DNA of 64,000 nucleotides from an uncultured Spirochaetota bacterium (GTDB taxonomy: Bacteria > Spirochaetota > Spirochaetia > JAFGXN01): NCBI GenBank assembly GCA_944388995.1, contig CALXKN010000008.1, positions 17,160 through 81,159 of the forward strand, read 5' to 3'. A program made the translations under genes and the position numbers. Below are positions 56,656 through 63,877 of this stretch, piece after piece. How positions within the stretch are numbered: the stretch's first letter is position 1; every line of letters begins with the position of its first letter. Under the pieces are notes generated by a model that was not told where the DNA came from, did no database searches, and was given only the letters and a program-made list of their open reading frames with translations.

Positions 56656-59541
56656 TCAGCAGAAATGCGCCATATCGCGCGGATAATACTTGCAGTCGTG
56701 CAGTTCCGTGTCGTCAAGCCCCAGCGCCTTTACCAGGGCAGCAGACGCTATGCACCAGTACCCGCGGTACTGGTTCTTTTTCAAGTCAAATTTTGTTATA
56801 AGCCCATCAGTCTTCGTGTGAATCCACTGTCTTTTAAGATACCGTTTTAACCGCTCAACAGCCGCCGCTTTATTCTCTTTTGAAAGCAGTACCACCTCAT
56901 ATACCGCATTGGAATATTTCGGACAGCAGAGCTTTTCCGTGCGTATCTGCCAGGATGAGTCCAGCGTCTGCATAAGGAAATCCAGATAAAAATCCCGCTG
57001 TTCCGATTTTTGTAACAATTTTCGATAGTCATCCAGAAATTCAGTCCTGTTAAAAAGCATAATCAAGTACAGAACAGTTTCCATATCTTCATAATTATCA
57101 TTGCCGTCCTGTGCGTCTATCAAATGACGCAAAATCAGGTCTACTTCGGGAAGCAGCTCATGCATATCTAGCCCTAAGGAATATCCTGTATAAAATTTGT
57201 AAAATGCATAAGTATATATTTGATATTTAAACGCTCTTATGTCCGATTCTGCCTGATGTTCATCAGTCTCAATATTATGATGATGATACGTTTGCAGTAT
57301 TTCTTTCAGCTTTTGGGAATCTTTCTTGAATCTTTCGTCAAAATATTCCTGGGGTTTGACTTTATCCCTCATCATTCTTACCCGGGGCGGAAGTTTTTCC
57401 CGCTCCTCCTCCGTAAGAAATTGCGACAGTTCAACTAAAAAGGGCTCTATAAACTCCGACATGAGTTTCGCTTTATTCCCGGCTGAGTGATCATAAGGTA
57501 TTTCAATTGCCGATGTCCGCCGTTTCTCATCCTTCCACAAGCGTCCTATTTTAATAAATGAACCGCCTTTCTCAAATATGTACAACGATATAATCAGTGT
57601 GCAGTCTTCATACTCACATTCTATATAATCTTGCTCCCCCAAGCAGTAATCTCTGTAGGTAAGATTCCTCAAAGTGGTTATTATCCAGGGTATCCACTCT
57701 TTTTTGATGACAACACTATCCCATGACTGCCATGACCCGGTACCGAAACGGCTGCCGGTTCTGGTGTTGATTCGTAGTTCGCCTTTGGGACTCCAGGGCG
57801 TGGGAAGTTTTTTCCGTTCTTCTTCAGGAAGAAATTGTGACAAGGCCACTAAGAAGGGTTCTATAAATTCCGACATGATTTTCAAGTCGTTGTCCGATTC
57901 TTCAAAATTAAATTCGAAACGGGTATAACGCCACTTTGATGTCAGGGTATAACTCTGCTCATTTTTTGCATGCCAAGGAAAATAAGGTATTTCAAGTGCC
58001 GGCGATATCTTCTTTTCATCCTTCCACATGGGAAATATTTTTATATAGGAATACCCATCCCCTATAGGACAGATACTTAATGTTAATTGGCACGTTCCCC
58101 ATTTATTTATGATGCTTTCAACTCCTGTTTGATAATTATCAACACTAAGATTTCTCAATGTGCTTATTATCCAGGGTATCCGGTTTTTTTGTATAACAAT
58201 ACTTTTCTGCTGCCCGCCGCCGAATGTACCGGTTCTTTTTCCGTTAATCCGTAATTCATCGTTATCTAATTCCTCGAAGCTGTATTCAAAATCGGCATTC
58301 AGAGTTTTTTTGCTTTGATATTTTGTTATCTTCTCTATTTTGGCTACTATCGATTCGTCGTCCGACTTATCGGTTTCGCCTGCATACCAATCTTTGCCTT
58401 CGAGCCATACCCCGAACCAGAAAGGAAGATCCCCCCAAGGTCTTTGACAGAGTTCTTTCTTTTCGTTGACACTCCAGGGGGGCGACAGTTTACCCCTTTC
58501 TTCTTCCGTGAGAAACTGCGACAATGCAACCAGAAACGGCTCTATAAATTCCGACATTAATTTTGTTTCTTTCCGGGATACATAGGGTATTTCAATATTC
58601 CATGAACTCTTATTTTCATTTTTCCAGACAGGATAAATTTTGATATAGGAATAATCAAAGGGTACTACATTTATAATAAAACTTAAATTACAGTAACCGT
58701 ATTCATATACGAGAGTTTGCGGGGTGTTATAATCGTCGATAGTGGCATTTCTTAGTGTGGTAATGATCAAAGGTATCCACGCTTTTTTTATGATAATACT
58801 TTCCCATTGTCCCCTGCCGAATGAATCTGTTCGCTTTGCATTGATTTCCAACTCGTCATCATTTAATTCTTCATTGTCAGCTTTTTCCTCAAAATAAAAT
58901 TCGAAATGAACATTCCCGCCCTTACTGATCAGGTATTCTTTTTCTGCCAGTCCGTATTGTGTTATACCGGTCATTGCTTTGAAAAAATTGAGGGAACCGC
59001 TTTCCTTATCGGCAAAAATGATGTTCTGTTTTTTGTTTTCCCTCCAGGGAGGCGGAAGTTGTGTTCTTTCTTCTTCGGTAAGGAATTGTGCCAATTCAAC
59101 CAAAACAGGTTCGATAAATTCCGCCATTAACCTGCTTTTATCCCAGGGTAGATATGGTATTTCAATAAACGGTGTCGTTTTTTCCTTCGGTTCCTTCCAT
59201 ATGGGCATTATTTGAAGGGTCGCATAATCTTTGGCAGATGGTAAAAACTCCAGATTGACTTGACATTCTTCATATTCGTGAACGATATGTCTGTTCCAAA
59301 TCCCTTCCGGAAAGTTGATGTCGTAATCCTCAAAAGGAAGGGTTCTCAGTGTGGTGATAATCCGGGAAATCCACGCTTTTTTTATGACGATACAGTAATA
59401 CAAAGGCATACGTTCCGCTTCATCCAACAATGGAAAGGTTATTTTTTCGAAAATCCGTATTTCGTCGTTGTCCGATTCCTCAAAATGAAATTCAAAGGTA
59501 TCGGATATTTCGGCATCTCCCCTTCTGCCTGTAATGAACAT
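56656..59541 (-). CDS. 961-aa fusion protein: four tandem copies of an unrecognised ~150-190 aa module plus a C-terminal PoNi-like (DUF1910/DUF1911) immunity domain
   Basis: Repeats lie at about aa 15-166, 212-356, 417-523 (+541-583) and 588-719. They share FEFxFEExDNDELRIN, IIKKAWIPxIITTLRN, YIKIxPxWKDEKK, IEIPY and KLMSEFIEPFLVxLSQFLTEEERxKLPPPW. Residues 723-961 begin MRDKVKPQEYF and end YRGYWCIASAALVKALGLDDTELHDCKYYPRDMAHFC. Confidence 0.65.
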   Translation of the reverse strand: MFITGRRGDAEISDTFEFHFEESDNDEIRIFEKITFPLLDEAERMPLYYCIVIKKAWISRIITTLRTLPFEDYDINFPEGIWNRHIVHEYEECQVNLEFLPSAKDYATLQIMPIWKEPKEKTTPFIEIPYLPWDKSRLMAEFIEPVLVELAQFLTEEERTQLPPPWRENKKQNIIFADKESGSLNFFKAMTGITQYGLAEKEYLISKGGNVHFEFYFEEKADNEELNDDELEINAKRTDSFGRGQWESIIIKKAWIPLIITTLRNATIDDYNTPQTLVYEYGYCNLSFIINVVPFDYSYIKIYPVWKNENKSSWNIEIPYVSRKETKLMSEFIEPFLVALSQFLTEEERGKLSPPWSVNEKKELCQRPWGDLPFWFGVWLEGKDWYAGETDKSDDESIVAKIEKITKYQSKKTLNADFEYSFEELDNDELRINGKRTGTFGGGQQKSIVIQKNRIPWIISTLRNLSVDNYQTGVESIINKWGTCQLTLSICPIGDGYSYIKIFPMWKDEKKISPALEIPYFPWHAKNEQSYTLTSKWRYTRFEFNFEESDNDLKIMSEFIEPFLVALSQFLPEEERKKLPTPWSPKGELRINTRTGSRFGTGSWQSWDSVVIKKEWIPWIITTLRNLTYRDYCLGEQDYIECEYEDCTLIISLYIFEKGGSFIKIGRLWKDEKRRTSAIEIPYDHSAGNKAKLMSEFIEPFLVELSQFLTEEEREKLPPRVRMMRDKVKPQEYFDERFKKDSQKLKEILQTYHHHNIETDEHQAESDIRAFKYQIYTYAFYKFYTGYSLGLDMHELLPEVDLILRHLIDAQDGNDNYEDMETVLYLIMLFNRTEFLDDYRKLLQKSEQRDFYLDFLMQTLDSSWQIRTEKLCCPKYSNAVYEVVLLSKENKAAAVERLKRYLKRQWIHTKTDGLITKFDLKKNQYRGYWCIASAALVKALGLDDTELHDCKYYPRDMAHFC

Positions 59542-59780
59542 TGCATCTACCAGTTTAAGAAAAGCTTTTGTATCAGCGGATTGGGCAGATTCTTCATGTT
59601 GATCGTCTTCTTTATTATATTTTATTCCGACTCCTAAGGAACGCAGCCGTCATATCGAAGGGGTGCAACGGTATGACGGCCAACACTCCGCTTTCACGCG
59701 GTGGTCTTATGCTGTTCATGTCGATACCGGACCGCTTCCGACACAACCGAATGAAGTTTTCCGATTTTCCGAATCAATTT

Positions 59781-60486
59781 CTAACAGAAATGGGTCATAT
59801 CGTAGGGATAGTATTTACAGTCTTTCAGTTCCGTATCGTCAAGTTTGAGGGCTTTTACCAAAGCGGCGGCGGCGATGCACCAATACCCCCGGTACCACCC
59901 TATTTTCAGATCCCGGTTGGTTATAACACCTTCGGTTAATGACATAAACCACTGCCTTTTAAGATACCTCTTTAACCGCTGGACGGCTTCCGCCTTGTTT
60001 TCTTTTGACAGCATTACCACCTCGTATACCGAATTGGTCTCTTTGGGGCAACGAAGTTTTTCCGTACTTATCTGCCATGTGGAGTCTACTATCTGTACAA
60101 GATAATCCAGGTAAAAATCCCGCATTTTCGATTTTTGTAATAACTCCTTATATTCATCCAGAAATTCTGTCCGGTTAAAAAGAATGATTAAGTATATAAT
60201 CATTTCCATATCATCATAACCTCTGTCCCTTTCTCTCGTTGTATCAATCAAATTTCTTATGATAAGGTCTACTTCGGGAAGCAGCTCATTCATACCAAGC
60301 CCCAGGGAATAGCCTGCATAAAATTTACAAGCTGCTTCCATATATATGTGATATTTAAACGACCATACATTATATTTTTCCGGATGGCTTATTCTCTTCA
60401 TATTTACTCATCCGTTCAGCAAGATCAGACGCATCCTTATTATATCTTTCCCTAAAATATTCTTCTGTTTTTATGGTGTCTCTCAT
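59781..60486 (-). pseudogene. PoNi-like (DUF1910/DUF1911) immunity gene, apparently split by a 1-nt frameshift; the 206-aa ORF 59781..60401 may still be expressed
   Basis: ORF 59781..60401 aligns with aa 770-961 of the 961-aa protein. The missing N-terminus (MRDTIKTEEYFRERYNKDASDLAERMSKY) is encoded at 60486..60400 in another frame and stops at 60370. Confidence 0.6.
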
Positions 60487-60489
60487 CTG

Positions 60490-60630
60490 TTATTCCTTGT
60501 GTATTTTGTAAATTTTTGGTTTATTCTCGTTATACATAACATTGCCATTTTCATCAAGTTGGTAATATGTTACTTTTCCTCCCTTCGGAACGCCTGCGGC
60601 GTGGCTACAATCCTTTGTGCGAGAAGATTT
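60490..60630 (-). pseudogene. start-less 46-codon remnant, probably the C-terminal tail of a toxin, ending 3 nt before the PoNi-like ATG
   Basis: The open frame KSSRTKDCSHAAGVPKGGKVTYYQLDENGNVMYNENKPKIYKIHKE* has no ATG/GTG/TTG. It begins right after TGA TAA at the edge of the 58-bp repeat. Confidence 0.4.
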
Positions 60631-60642
60631 TTATCAATGGTG

Positions 60643-60700
60643 TCCGTACACACCCATTGATGTTGTCAAAGAACTCCTTCTGTACGGAGATAGGGGGAGG
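60643..60700. repeat. 58-bp junction repeat, copy 1
   Basis: TCCGTACACACCCATTGATGTTGTCAAAGAACTCCTTCTGTACGGAGATAGGGGGAGG is identical to 63943..64000. It contains the 8-bp inverted arms TCCGTACA and TGTACGGA separated by 30 nt. Confidence 0.9.
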
Positions 60701-60701
60701 G

Positions 60702-60929
60702 TTATTCAAAAGTTATTACCATATGCGAACCTGCCGTTTTTTCGGTTACTTTCTGTATAATCTCTTTTTTGTCATCTTCAGTTAATGGCTCGTTTTCTGG
60801 AACAAGCCAATTTTTCATTGAACTTTTATAACAGACAAAACCGCCTACTATCATTTCGCCTGCGATTCTCGCAGTTCTGCCATCGAGTTCTACATCTATG
60901 TATGTGTTTGTTCCGGTTATTTTTGTCAT
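60702..60929 (-). CDS. small hypothetical protein (75 aa) in the immunity-gene array
   Basis: The ORF lies 9 nt downstream of the DUF600 gene. Its first 10 codons are duplicated at 62353..62324. Confidence 0.5.
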   Translation of the reverse strand: MTKITGTNTYIDVELDGRTARIAGEMIVGGFVCYKSSMKNWLVPENEPLTEDDKKEIIQKVTEKTAGSHMVITFE

Positions 60930-61036
60930 ATATTAATCCTATGCATTATCCCATTCGTCTTGAAGAGCCTGATCCCATTCAAAGGTCATATCAAAGTGAC
61001 CGTTCTTTTCAAGGGTGTAAATAGCTTTGTTCCATT
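60899..61036. repeat. 138-bp segmental duplication, copy 1
   Basis: Matches 62323..62460. The first 64 bp are identical and the rest is roughly 85 percent identical by eye. It spans the 3' end of a DUF600 gene, the spacer and the 5' end of the 75-aa gene. Confidence 0.85.
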
Positions 61037-61271
61037 GTGCAAAATGTAACTCTTTTGCACTATTATGAAATTTTATTAAATCAATTTTTGTTTCTCGATT
61101 AAGTGCTAAGTTTAAAGCATTTTTCCATTCTCCATTAATCTGATATTTTGCATTCGTACCAATATATTTATCACTACATTCAATATTCAGTTCAATTTTA
61201 TCCCAAGAGGAATCAATACTATCATTCAATTGCGAACCAATATTTTTATATATATCTTCAATATTTTTCAT
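60939..61271 (-). CDS. DUF600 / YezG / EsaG-type immunity protein
   Basis: 110 aa, starting 11 nt after the nuclease-domain stop with an AGGAG RBS. The overall pattern (acidic, WDKIELNIE...W..A.Y.L...G.F...F) fits DUF600 antitoxins of EsaD/YeeF nucleases. It is a paralog of 62363..62686. Confidence 0.7.
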   Translation of the reverse strand: MKNIEDIYKNIGSQLNDSIDSSWDKIELNIECSDKYIGTNAKYQINGEWKNALNLALNRETKIDLIKFHNSAKELHFAQWNKAIYTLEKNGHFDMTFEWDQALQDEWDNA

Positions 61272-61282
61272 AAATACTCCTA

Positions 61283-61648
61283 TTAATTTAAGAAGAACAA
61301 ATTTTCTGTTTTTTCTATTTTTCCATCCGATGTTTTTATAATGTATGTTACATCAAAATCTGTCGGTCTTAGATTATCAGCATAGTTTATTTTTATATCA
61401 ACTTCAACCTTTTTTCCCTCTGAAAGTGCATCGTTCCATTTTTTTTCCATGGTTTTCCATTCACCATTATTTAGTGTGGCGGTTTGTGGAACATAATTTA
61501 TTTGTTCTCCAGGACCATTGAAAATTCTTGCAATAATATGTCCGCCCTGGTCATCACCTTTAATACCATCTTTTATATCAACTGATTTTCCTTGTTGATA
61601 AACATTTCTGTCTTTTGTTTCAAGTTTTAATTCTCCGCTTACTTTGTT
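61283..61648 (-). pseudogene. orphan, start-less C-terminal nuclease toxin domain (EsaD/YeeF-type, Endonuclease_NS_2-like)
   Basis: Manual translation gives NKVSGELKLETKDRNVYQQGKSVDIKDGIKGDDQGGHIIARIFNGPGEQINYVPQTATLNNGEWKTMEKKWNDALSEGKKVEVDIKINYADNLRPTDFDVTYIIKTSDGKIEKTENLFFLN*. The frame opens after a TAA at 61649-61651 and has no ATG/GTG/TTG until codon 68, so it is absent from the ORF track. Confidence 0.7.
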
Positions 61649-61731
61649 TTACAACTATTTTCTTTTACTTGCAATTGTTCCAAAACGATTAAGTGCAGCA
61701 ACAATATCTTCATAATCAGCATCTATTTCAT

Positions 61732-62262
61732 CTAACTGTCCCAGATTTCCTTAAATTTTAAACCTTTGATACTGTTTTTCTTAACAATATCTATAAACTC
61801 ATCTGTTACAAAATAATCTCGAATAATTAATTGATTTTGTAGTTTAACTTGAAAAAGAGGTGGATAATTGTTTTCCTTAAAATAATATTGCTCAACACCT
61901 AAAATATCATTCTCAAAATACTTATATTTAGTTTTTTTTCGATCTAAGCAGTCCAAAACAGTTAAATTATTTAATAGTACAAAATCGTCATTAAGCGGAA
62001 CAAATCTTATATTTATTTGAGAAATGTCAGAAAGTACTGCCATAAATTTTTTATTTATGAAGAATCCTCTACAATCATAACATTCACAAATATCCCCTGC
62101 AGGATTATTAGAATCTCTATCGTATTCTAATTGAAAATCAGAAGGAATGCTTATTTCTATACCTTTATTAAACTGACGTAAAATTTTTCTATCAGTTTCT
62201 TCGTTTTTTATATAGCATCCTTTGTAATTATCAATATCTGTTTCTAAAATGTATATTTTCAT
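61732..62262 (-). CDS. hypothetical 176-aa protein, immunity-protein-like by context (family not firmly recognised)
   Basis: An AT-rich ORF within the immunity array. Its size and composition resemble DUF1629/Imm-type proteins, but no diagnostic motif was identified. Confidence 0.45.
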   Translation of the reverse strand: MKIYILETDIDNYKGCYIKNEETDRKILRQFNKGIEISIPSDFQLEYDRDSNNPAGDICECYDCRGFFINKKFMAVLSDISQINIRFVPLNDDFVLLNNLTVLDCLDRKKTKYKYFENDILGVEQYYFKENNYPPLFQVKLQNQLIIRDYFVTDEFIDIVKKNSIKGLKFKEIWDS

Positions 62263-62299
62263 ATATCCCCCCCCTAATTGTGAATTTTTAAGAAACCAC

Positions 62300-62353
62300 T
62301 CAATAATTCCTTTCGGATTGTTTGTATGTGTTTGTTCCGGTTATTTTTGTCAT
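62300..62353 (-). pseudogene. 17-codon relic of the 75-aa gene
   Basis: MTKITGTNTYKQSERNY*. The first 10 codons are identical to 60929..60900, after which the sequence diverges and stops. Confidence 0.6.
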
Positions 62354-62460
62354 ATATTAATCCTATGCATTATCCCATTCGTCTTGGAGAGTTTGATCCC
62401 ATTCAAATGTCATATCAAAATGACCATTCCTTTCAAGAGAGTAAACAGCTTTGTTCCATT
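62323..62460. repeat. 138-bp segmental duplication, copy 2
   Basis: See 60899..61036. Confidence 0.85.
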
Positions 62461-62686
62461 TATGCTCAGGCGACATAGATTCTTGAAGTTCAAAAACGCT
62501 ATCCATTAAAGTATTTACAGTTAATAAAGGAAACTTTAATTCTTTTTTTTCAAACGATGATAAAGTATATTCTGCCTGAAATGAACACATTTTATTTAGA
62601 CTTGATTCTATTTTTACAGTCACTTTTTCCCATTTACCGGAAATATTATCTTGAACCGCCTTGCCTAATTCTTTATATAAATCCAT
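62363..62686 (-). CDS. DUF600 / YezG / EsaG-type immunity protein, second paralog
   Basis: 107 aa. The C-terminal KWNKAVYSLERNGHFDMTFEWDQTLQDEWDNA is nearly identical to the C-terminus of 60939..61271. Confidence 0.7.
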   Translation of the reverse strand: MDLYKELGKAVQDNISGKWEKVTVKIESSLNKMCSFQAEYTLSSFEKKELKFPLLTVNTLMDSVFELQESMSPEHKWNKAVYSLERNGHFDMTFEWDQTLQDEWDNA

Positions 62687-62732
62687 AGCATCTCCATTAA
62701 TTGTTGAATATTTTTTTGAATAGTTGGCTCAT

Positions 62733-63842
62733 TTATTTCTCTTTATTTAAAATAAACAGATACTCAGAGACGTGTATATTACGGTTATTCAAATTTCTGC
62801 TTCCCCGGAATGTATTATAAGTCATTTCAACGGTTTTCAGTTTTCCGTAGTGTTCCAGCATTGTTTTCATTTGCTCAAAAGTAATAAATCCTTCAGAATT
62901 ATAAGAGATAATGACAAACTTTGAATCAATTTTATCTATGATTTTTTCCATGGATTTTAAGGCTGAATAAGGTTTGTTGAATTCCGAGCGGTTCCAATCC
63001 TGAGTTATCCCTGAAACTTTACTGATTTCAGCATCCAGCCTGTTCTTTATGATAAGATTCAGCATAAAATAATTTGAACCATAGGGATGCTGGTTATACG
63101 GGGGATCCAGATAAGTAATATCTATTTTTTTTAATTCCCCGGCAAGTTCCACAGCATCTTTTTTATAGATTTTAACCTTTGAATTGAAATTGCTTAAAAC
63201 CGGCTCTTTCAGTTCTATTTTTCCAAAAATGCGGGTTAAAGCGTTTTTCCCGGCAGCGCCGAAACATCCGATTCCGGTATTTTTGTCCTTGTAAAACCCT
63301 TTGAAAACCCCGCTTGTATTGACATGAACCGAAGCCTCCGTTACGAGCGGCGCTAAAAAAAATTTTTTCATGTCTTCTTCCTGCACCACTTTATCAATCA
63401 GACTGCGGTAAGTGTCGATTAACAGAGCGTTCTCATGGGTATAAAAAACCCTTTCTCCTCTTTGAATATTTCCGTCATCCTGAGGGGCATAATTTTTTGT
63501 GATAATTCTCGGTTCTTTTTTGCTGCGGCACATTTCTTCTATTATTGATTTATATTCCCGCCATTTTTCATGCGGAAAATCTTTTTTGTCAGTCAGATAG
63601 CATTCATTGATGAGGCGGGAATATTCTTCCAGATCATTGGCAATTAAAACACTGCTGTATTTTTTCAGCATCCGGGCAACAATTCCCGAACCGGAGAAAA
63701 TATCCGCACAAACAAGTTTTTCTTTTCCCAATAAACCGGCAATTTTTTTGACTTCTTCTTCTATATTCCTGATAAGCTGCCGTTTGTTCCTGATATAAGT
63801 AATGATCTGTGCAGTAAGATATTCTTTATTTTCTTCTTTCAT
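62733..63842 (-). CDS. N6-adenine DNA methyltransferase (SAM motif then DPPY), no cognate endonuclease visible
   Basis: DIFSGSGIVARML (FxGxG, motif I) near aa 48 and YLDPPYNQHPYGSNY (motif IV) near aa 244. Length is 369 aa. Confidence 0.8.
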   Translation of the reverse strand: MKEENKEYLTAQIITYIRNKRQLIRNIEEEVKKIAGLLGKEKLVCADIFSGSGIVARMLKKYSSVLIANDLEEYSRLINECYLTDKKDFPHEKWREYKSIIEEMCRSKKEPRIITKNYAPQDDGNIQRGERVFYTHENALLIDTYRSLIDKVVQEEDMKKFFLAPLVTEASVHVNTSGVFKGFYKDKNTGIGCFGAAGKNALTRIFGKIELKEPVLSNFNSKVKIYKKDAVELAGELKKIDITYLDPPYNQHPYGSNYFMLNLIIKNRLDAEISKVSGITQDWNRSEFNKPYSALKSMEKIIDKIDSKFVIISYNSEGFITFEQMKTMLEHYGKLKTVEMTYNTFRGSRNLNNRNIHVSEYLFILNKEK

Positions 63843-63877
63843 GGCTGTAAAGATTTATATTGTTCCAAATTTCCGGT

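Noticed and set aside
59646-59680. A 9-bp perfect-stem hairpin (GCCGTCATA, 17-nt loop, TATGACGGC) in the spacer between the two PoNi-like genes.
   Set aside because: It has no T-run and no second copy in the window. It could be a weak terminator or fortuitous, and the evidence does not support a call.
61652-61740. A 31-codon open stretch (GNLGQLDEIDADYEDIVAALNRFGTIASKRK*) in the same frame as the orphan nuclease domain. It is separated from that domain by TAG-TTG-TAA and could be a remnant of the toxin's upstream region.
   Set aside because: It is too short to assess, it overlaps the 3' end of the 176-aa gene, and being in the same frame has a one-in-three chance. It is worth checking only if a full-length homolog is found.
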